Positions 39,674-45,496 of a stretch of DNA of 45,496 nt are shown piece by piece. The translations under genes and the position numbers were made by a program. This DNA is from Sphingomonas sp. (GTDB lineage Bacteria; Pseudomonadota; Alphaproteobacteria; Sphingomonadales; Sphingomonadaceae): assembly GCA_031397785.1 (NCBI GenBank), contig JANNMK010000209.1:1-45496 (forward strand). The letters run 5' to 3'. Under the pieces are notes generated by a model, which was not told the DNA's origin, searched no databases, and saw nothing but the letters and a program-made list of their open reading frames with translations. Numbering within the stretch: position 1 is the stretch's first letter; each line of letters starts with the position of its first letter.

Positions 39674-41599
39674 ATGAAAATCAGTTGGTTGGCGGCAGGG
39701 TTTGCCGCGGTGTCGTCGTGCGTCGGCGCGCCTGTTCTGGCGCAGGACAGCGGCGGCACGAACGCGGACGGGCGTGGCGACGAGCGTGAAGTCGCCCGCG
39801 CAATAAGCGCTACGGACGAGGGCGGAGATATTGTTGTTACCGCGAGCGGTTTTGCCCAGCCGCGAATCGAGACCGGACAGGCGATCAGCGTGATCGACCG
39901 CGAGCGGATCGAGCAACTGCAGGCTGTGTCGATCGGCGATGCATTGCAGCTGCTGCCCGGCGTGAGGATCGTCAAGAGAGGCCCGGTCGGGAGCCAGACC
40001 AGCGCATTCCTGCGTGGTGGCAACAGTTCGCAGACCCTGGTCCTGATCGACGGCGTGCGGGTGAACGATCCGTCCAGTCCCAATGGTGCGTTTGATTTCG
40101 GCGCGCTGCTGGCCGGGAATATCGGCAGGGTCGAAGTGCTGCGCGGTCCCAATTCGGTGATCTGGGGCAGTCAGGCGATCGGCGGCGTGGTGAATGTCAC
40201 ATCGCTGGCACCCACCAGCGCGTTCGAGGTGCGGGCCAATGCCGAATATGGCTATGCCGACACAGGGCGTTCGACCGTCAATATATCGGGCACGAGCGGA
40301 ATGTTCGAAGGCAGCGTGGGGGGCGGATATTTCCGCAGCGACGGGATCAGCGCGCTGACCGGCGGCAGCGAGCGCGACGGTTATCGCAATGCATCCGCCA
40401 ATGGCCGCCTGAAAATACGGTTGAGCGATGCGGTCGGGCTAGACTTCAGGGGATATTATTCCGACGGGCGCATCGAATATGACTCGCCTTTCGGCGCCGG
40501 AGCGGATGCGCTGCCGGTGTCGGACAACCGCCAGTTCGTCGGCTATGTCGGCGCAACGGTCGATCTGGCGGGCGGGCGATGGCGCAATCGGGTAAGCTAT
40601 GCGCGCACCGACATCGACCGGACGGGCAAGGATCCGGTGGTGTTCAGTTTCAACAATTTCGATGTGCGCGGCACAATCGACCGGTTCGAATATCATGGCG
40701 CGGTTGATCTGATCAACGCGCTGACCATCATATATGGCGCGGAGCATGAGCGGATTTTCGCGACGACATCGTTCGAAGGCGCGCCAGCCGATGTGGCACG
40801 CGACCGGGTAACGAGCGGATTTGCGCAAGCCGTGCTGCGGCCGCTGACCGGGCTGACGCTGACCGGTGGGGTGCGGCATGACGACTATAGCGATTATGGC
40901 GGGCAGACGACATTGGGCGGTAATGCCGCCTTTACCCCCAATGACGGGGCGACGGTGCTGCGCGCGACCTATGGCGAGGGATTTCGTGCGCCGACCTTGT
41001 CCGAGGGGCAGCCGCCGTTCGGCAACCCGGCGCTGAGGCCGGAAACCGCGCGCAATGTGGACATCGGTATCGAGCAGAGCGCGATCGATGGGCGGGTGCG
41101 CGCCAGCGTAACCTGGTTCAGCCGACGCAGTAACGACCTGATTGCCTTTTCATTTGCGACATTCCAGTCCGAGAACATCGACCGGGTGCGCAGCGAGGGC
41201 GCCGAAGTGGCGCTGGCGGTGCGACCGGTTGCCACTCTCGACATTCAGGCGAGCTATACGCTGACCGACGCGATCAACCGTTCGGCGGGCGCAAATTTCG
41301 GCAATCGGCTGGCGTTGCGGCCGCGCGATATCGCCAATGTGACGATCGACTGGCAATTGCCGTGGGGCGCGGCATTCGGCGCGACGGTGCAGATGGTCGG
41401 CGACAGCTTTGATGATGCGGCCAATAATGTGCGGATCGATGGTCATGCGCTGGTCGCTATGCGGGCGAGCTATGCGCTGAGCGATATGGTCGAGCTTTAC
41501 GGCCGCGTTGAAAACCTGTTCGATGCGCAATATCGGGTGGTCGCGGGCTATGGCACCTATGGCCGCAACGCCACCGTCGGCGTGCGGGGGCGCTTCTGA
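39674..41599 (+). CDS. btuB: TonB-dependent cobalamin receptor
   Basis: Signal peptide; DIVVTAS TonB box; plug LVLIDGVRVND...RVEVLRGPNSVIWGSQAIGGVVN; GNPALRPE; C-terminal Phe; preceded by the riboswitch. Confidence 0.9.
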   Translation: MKISWLAAGFAAVSSCVGAPVLAQDSGGTNADGRGDEREVARAISATDEGGDIVVTASGFAQPRIETGQAISVIDRERIEQLQAVSIGDALQLLPGVRIVKRGPVGSQTSAFLRGGNSSQTLVLIDGVRVNDPSSPNGAFDFGALLAGNIGRVEVLRGPNSVIWGSQAIGGVVNVTSLAPTSAFEVRANAEYGYADTGRSTVNISGTSGMFEGSVGGGYFRSDGISALTGGSERDGYRNASANGRLKIRLSDAVGLDFRGYYSDGRIEYDSPFGAGADALPVSDNRQFVGYVGATVDLAGGRWRNRVSYARTDIDRTGKDPVVFSFNNFDVRGTIDRFEYHGAVDLINALTIIYGAEHERIFATTSFEGAPADVARDRVTSGFAQAVLRPLTGLTLTGGVRHDDYSDYGGQTTLGGNAAFTPNDGATVLRATYGEGFRAPTLSEGQPPFGNPALRPETARNVDIGIEQSAIDGRVRASVTWFSRRSNDLIAFSFATFQSENIDRVRSEGAEVALAVRPVATLDIQASYTLTDAINRSAGANFGNRLALRPRDIANVTIDWQLPWGAAFGATVQMVGDSFDDAANNVRIDGHALVAMRASYALSDMVELYGRVENLFDAQYRVVAGYGTYGRNATVGVRGRF

Positions 41600-42429
41600 T
41601 GCACCGGCGGGCGATGCCGGCTGTGCTGGCGGCCTATGCAACGGCCGCCTGCACGCCCGCGCCGCCCGCCAGCGTCAGCCATGGCGGCGGGGATCGCATC
41701 GTCAGTATCGATTATTGCGCCGACCAGATGCTGCTGGGGCTGGTGGAGCGCGAGCGGATCGTGGCGGTATCGGTCGATGCGGCGGGCGACCCGCTGTTCG
41801 CGGGCCCGCGCGCCCAAGGACTGCCAAGAGTGCGGGCCGAGATCGAACGGATCATGGCACTGCGCCCGACGCTGGTCGTGCGCAGCTATGGCGGTGGTCC
41901 GAGACTATCGGCGATGCTGCAGCGCGCCGGGGTGCCGGTGCTCACCCTGCCCTATGCCGATGACATCGCATCGGTGCGTGCAGGCGTGCTGGCCGCCGGA
42001 GAGGTTCTGGATGCGCGGGACAAGGCGCAGCAGCGGGTAGCGGTGTTCGACCGGGCGATCGAGGCGGCACAGCCGACGCGCGCCGGGACGGCGAGCGCGC
42101 TGTATATGACGCCGGGCGATGTCACCACCGGGCCGGGCGGGCTGATCGCCGATCTGTTGGGCAAGGCGGGGTATCAGCCCTATGAAACACGCAGCGGCTG
42201 GCACCGGCTGCCGGTCGAGCGGATGATGCGCGAGACGCCCGACCTGGTCGTGCGCGCGTTCTTCGAGAGCGGCAGCCATCAGCAGGATCGCTGGTCTTCG
42301 GCGGGGCATGCGGCGTTGGCCGGGCGTCTGCACGGGGTGGCGAGCGTGACGGTGCCGGGCAGCACGCTGGCCTGCGGCAATTGGCTGGCGGGCGATGCGC
42401 TGAACGCGATTGCCGGAGCGCGGCGGTGA
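41599..42429 (+). CDS. btuF: Periplasmic binding lipoprotein of cobalamin ABC transporter (BtuF-like)
   Basis: RIVSIDYCADQMLL; E.IMALRP.LVV; operon context. Confidence 0.78.
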   Translation: MHRRAMPAVLAAYATAACTPAPPASVSHGGGDRIVSIDYCADQMLLGLVERERIVAVSVDAAGDPLFAGPRAQGLPRVRAEIERIMALRPTLVVRSYGGGPRLSAMLQRAGVPVLTLPYADDIASVRAGVLAAGEVLDARDKAQQRVAVFDRAIEAAQPTRAGTASALYMTPGDVTTGPGGLIADLLGKAGYQPYETRSGWHRLPVERMMRETPDLVVRAFFESGSHQQDRWSSAGHAALAGRLHGVASVTVPGSTLACGNWLAGDALNAIAGARR

Positions 42430-43415
42430 CAGGCGGGCGGCTGACCATCGGCCTGCTGGTGCTGCTGACAGCGGTTATTCTGACAGCGGTGGCAACCGGC
42501 CCGTTGCCGATTACCCTGGCCGAAATGATCGCGGCGGTGCGCGGTGCCGATCCGGCGGTGGCAACAATATTGGTCGAGATACGCCTGCCGCGCACTTTGT
42601 CTGCAGCGATCGCCGGCATTGCGCTGGGGGCGAGCGGGGCGGCGATGCAGGGGCTGCTGCGCAATCCGCTCGCCGAGCCGGGCGTGATGGGGGTGAGTGC
42701 GAGCGCCGCGACCGCGGCGACGGCGGCCATCTATTTCGGGCTGGCAAGCATCTGGCCTTGGGTGGTGCCGATAGCGTCACTGAGCGGGGCGCTGGCCGCG
42801 ACCGCCCTGATCGCCGGGGCCAGTTTCCGTTTGCGCGGGGTGGCGAGCCTTATTTTGCTGGGAGTGGCGATTTCGGCGCTGGCCGGCGCGGTGATGGCCC
42901 TGTTCGTCAATCTGGCGCCCAATCCGTTTTCGCTGTCGGACCTGATCAACTGGACCGCGGGATCGGTCGCCAATCGCGACTGGGGCGATATCGGCCTGTC
43001 GTTGCCGTTTGTCGCCGCCGGGTTGCTGGTGCTGCGGCTGGCTGCGCCGGGACTGAGCGCGATGGCGCTGGGCGAGGAGACAGCGCATGGGCTGGGGGTC
43101 GATCTGGCGCGGCACAGGCTGATGGTGATCGTCGGCACCGGCCTTGCGACTGGCGGTGCTGTGGCGTTAGCCGGGATGATCGGCTTTGTCGGGCTGATCG
43201 CGCCGCATATGGTGCGCGCCGCCACGCGCCACGATGCGGGGATGGCGCTGGTTCCCGCAGCGCTGGCCGGCGGCTGTCTGCTGACCGTCGGCGATATTGC
43301 CATCCGGCTGTTTCCTTGGGGCAATGAGCTGCATCTGGGCACTCTGGCGGCGCTGATCGGTGCGCCATTGTTTGCGCTGATTGCGCTGCGTCAGGGGAGC
43401 GTGCGGCATGGCTGA
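42426..43415 (+). CDS. btuC: FecCD/BtuC-family permease
   Basis: IRLPR, QGLLRNPLAEPG, LGEETAHGLG, IGFVGLIAPH, IGAP. Confidence 0.85.
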   Translation: MTGGRLTIGLLVLLTAVILTAVATGPLPITLAEMIAAVRGADPAVATILVEIRLPRTLSAAIAGIALGASGAAMQGLLRNPLAEPGVMGVSASAATAATAAIYFGLASIWPWVVPIASLSGALAATALIAGASFRLRGVASLILLGVAISALAGAVMALFVNLAPNPFSLSDLINWTAGSVANRDWGDIGLSLPFVAAGLLVLRLAAPGLSAMALGEETAHGLGVDLARHRLMVIVGTGLATGGAVALAGMIGFVGLIAPHMVRAATRHDAGMALVPAALAGGCLLTVGDIAIRLFPWGNELHLGTLAALIGAPLFALIALRQGSVRHG

Positions 43416-44205
43416 ACTGATCGTTTCGGGCGTTAGCGTGACAATCGGCGCGGCGTCTCTGGTCGAGGATGCCAGCCTGCGCCTGGGCAGTGGCGAGCTG
43501 GTGGCGGTGATCGGCGAAAATGGTGCCGGCAAATCGAGCCTGCTGCGCGCGATCATCGGCTATCAGCGCGGGACGATCGGCACGGCGACTGTCGATGGGC
43601 GCGGCATCGATGCAATGACGGCGACGCAGCGCGCGCGGGCAATCGGCTGGTTGCCGCAATCAGTGCCGCTGGCGTGGCCGATCCGGGTGCGCGATGCGGT
43701 GGCGCTGGGGCGATTTGCCTATGGCGGCTTGCCGGGGCGGCTATCGCGCGAGGACGATGCCATCGTCGAGCAGGCACTGGCCGATTGCGATCTGCTGGCG
43801 CTGGCTGAACGCAGCACGGCGACACTGTCCGGCGGGGAAGTGGCACGGGTCCATCTGGCGCGGTGCATAGCGACGCAGGCGCAACTGCTGCTCGCCGACG
43901 AGCCGGTGGCGGCACTCGACCCGCGCCACCGGATAGAGGTGATGACAATGTTGCGGGCGATGACCCGGGACGGGGCGGGCGCGCTGGTCGTGTTGCACGA
44001 CCTTGGCCTGGCAGCGCGATTTGCCGACCGGATCGTGGCGATGAAAGGAGGGAGGATCGTTGCCGAGGGCACGGTGGCGCAGATGATCGCACCGGAAATG
44101 CTCCGGGGACTATTCGATGTCGATTTTGCCGTGGGCTATGAGCAAGGCTGGCCTAACCCGGTTGCTTTGGGGCAGTGGCCGGCCGTCTCAGCCCCGGGCT
44201 GCTGA
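43408..44205 (+). CDS. btuD: ABC transporter ATP-binding subunit (BtuD/FecE-like)
   Basis: GENGAGKS, LSGGE, LLADEPVAALD, VLHDL. Confidence 0.85.
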   Translation: MAELIVSGVSVTIGAASLVEDASLRLGSGELVAVIGENGAGKSSLLRAIIGYQRGTIGTATVDGRGIDAMTATQRARAIGWLPQSVPLAWPIRVRDAVALGRFAYGGLPGRLSREDDAIVEQALADCDLLALAERSTATLSGGEVARVHLARCIATQAQLLLADEPVAALDPRHRIEVMTMLRAMTRDGAGALVVLHDLGLAARFADRIVAMKGGRIVAEGTVAQMIAPEMLRGLFDVDFAVGYEQGWPNPVALGQWPAVSAPGC

Positions 44206-44217
44206 AGGTCCGGCGGC

Positions 44218-44484
44218 CTAGCCGGGGCCGCCGAACAGATTGATGTCCTGGGCGGTGACCCAGCCGCCGACATAGTTGGCATAATAAAGTGCAAACAAGG
44301 TGGCGGCGACGAGGCTGACCTGTGCAGCGACCCGCGCCATGTGAAATTGGGCAGGTGCGCTGTCGGCCTGGCCCGGAACCATGGCATTATCATCCCCTGT
44401 CCGGCGCGCGTGGAACGGCAGCACGAGGAACAGGCAGAAGAACCAGATGATGAAATAGATGGCGAGCGCCGAGGTCCACTGCAT
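44218..44484 (-). CDS. DUF1467 family membrane protein
   Basis: MQWTSALAIYFIIWFFCLFLVLPF...VPGQADSAP; follows rnj as in other Alphaproteobacteria. Confidence 0.85.
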   Translation of the reverse strand: MQWTSALAIYFIIWFFCLFLVLPFHARRTGDDNAMVPGQADSAPAQFHMARVAAQVSLVAATLFALYYANYVGGWVTAQDINLFGGPG

Positions 44485-44489
44485 CGCAA

Positions 44490-45496
44490 TTATCGTTCGA
44501 ATAGCAGGACATCGACCAGCGGCTTTTTGCCGGTCCAGTCGGTGGTGGTACGGCGCACCGCGAGCCGGATGGCTTCGCGGCGCTTGTCCGCATCGGCATG
44601 GCGTTCATTTGCCGCCTTGGCAGCGGCAGTGCTGGCTTCGGCGATGAATTTGGCCAGATCGCCGGACTCGATCGGCAAGCCGCGCGGCACGACATCGGCG
44701 TCCTTGCCATGCACGGCGACGACGACATGGCCGGTCTGGCTGAGACGGCGGCGTTCGTTGATCGAACCGCCTTCGGCAGCGACAATCATATCGCCATCGA
44801 GGATGAGGCGGCCCGACTGCACCGACTGGAGGATCTTGGGCTCGCCGGGTGCGAGCCGGACCAGCTGGCCGTTCTGCTGGACCAGAGCGTTGGGGATGCC
44901 GCATTCGCGCCCGAAGCGGGCCTGTTCGAGCATGTGGCGCATTTCGCCATGAACCGGCACGAGCAGGTTGGGGCGGACCCAATCGTACATGGCGGCGAGT
45001 TCCGGACGCCCGGGGTGCCCGGAGACGTGGATATGCGCCTGTTTTTCGGTCACGGTTTCGATGCCGCGTTCGGCAAGCTTGTTCATGATGCGGCCGATGG
45101 CGATCTCATTGCCTGGAATCTGTTTCGAACTGTAAATCACGCGGTCGCCCGCATCGAGCTTGATCGGGTGCCCGCCTTCAGCAATGCGCGCCAGGGCGGC
45201 GCGCGGTTCGCCCTGCCCGCCGGTTGCGATGATCATCACTTTATTTCGGGGAAGCCGCATGGCCGTGTCCCAATCGATCAGCGTCGGCATGGACTTAAGA
45301 TAGCCGCAGCTTTGCGCGACTTCGATGATGCGATCGAGGCTGCGACCGGCGACGCATAATTCGCGCCCGGTAGCGCGGGCGACTTCGCCGAGCGTGTGCA
45401 GGCGGCCGGCATTGCTGGCGAAGGTGGTGACGACGACACGGCCCTTCGCCTCTCCCACAACCTGCATCAGCCCGTCACGAACGCTGCCTTCGCTGC
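44490..45496 (-). CDS. rnj: Ribonuclease J, 3' part; truncated by window end
   Basis: TTFASN, ATGGQGEPRAAL, SSKQIPGNE, HVSGH, PVHGEMRH; frame open to the window edge. Confidence 0.95.
   Translation of the reverse strand, partial: SEGSVRDGLMQVVGEAKGRVVVTTFASNAGRLHTLGEVARATGRELCVAGRSLDRIIEVAQSCGYLKSMPTLIDWDTAMRLPRNKVMIIATGGQGEPRAALARIAEGGHPIKLDAGDRVIYSSKQIPGNEIAIGRIMNKLAERGIETVTEKQAHIHVSGHPGRPELAAMYDWVRPNLLVPVHGEMRHMLEQARFGRECGIPNALVQQNGQLVRLAPGEPKILQSVQSGRLILDGDMIVAAEGGSINERRRLSQTGHVVVAVHGKDADVVPRGLPIESGDLAKFIAEASTAAAKAANERHADADKRREAIRLAVRRTTTDWTGKKPLVDVLLFER

Overview
High-GC alphaproteobacterial chromosome segment. Gene content and order (tandem-domain hfq, dusB-ntrBC-ntrYX-hfq-hflX, mltB-rlpA-tmk-holB-metG-tatD) point to Sphingomonadales (inference). 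Most of it is core genome: the 3' end of lpdA, ettA, lipA, ispDF, nitrogen two-component systems, three tRNAs (Ile2-CAT, Pro-TGG, Ser-TGA), a cobalamin riboswitch with a btuBFCD-like operon, and the 3' part of rnj. The window spans the replication terminus: a near-canonical dif site lies at 31127-31154 and KOPS motifs converge on it. Most notable oddities: (1) an accessory YkuD-like gene whose predicted catalytic Cys codon (WSAG-C) is an in-frame TGA, with coding-like sequence continuing 29 codons; (2) a 60-bp REP-like tandem array read through as a TatD C-terminal extension, one base slip away from a TatD-MBL fusion; (3) a G-run minisatellite abutting dif; (4) GC skew apparently inverted relative to KOPS polarity, plus one-sided AT drift of core genes next to dif. 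I saw no integrase, transposase, CRISPR array or rRNA. All calls are by eye from motifs and the ORF track; no database searches were run. Start codons were often shortened from the longest ORF.
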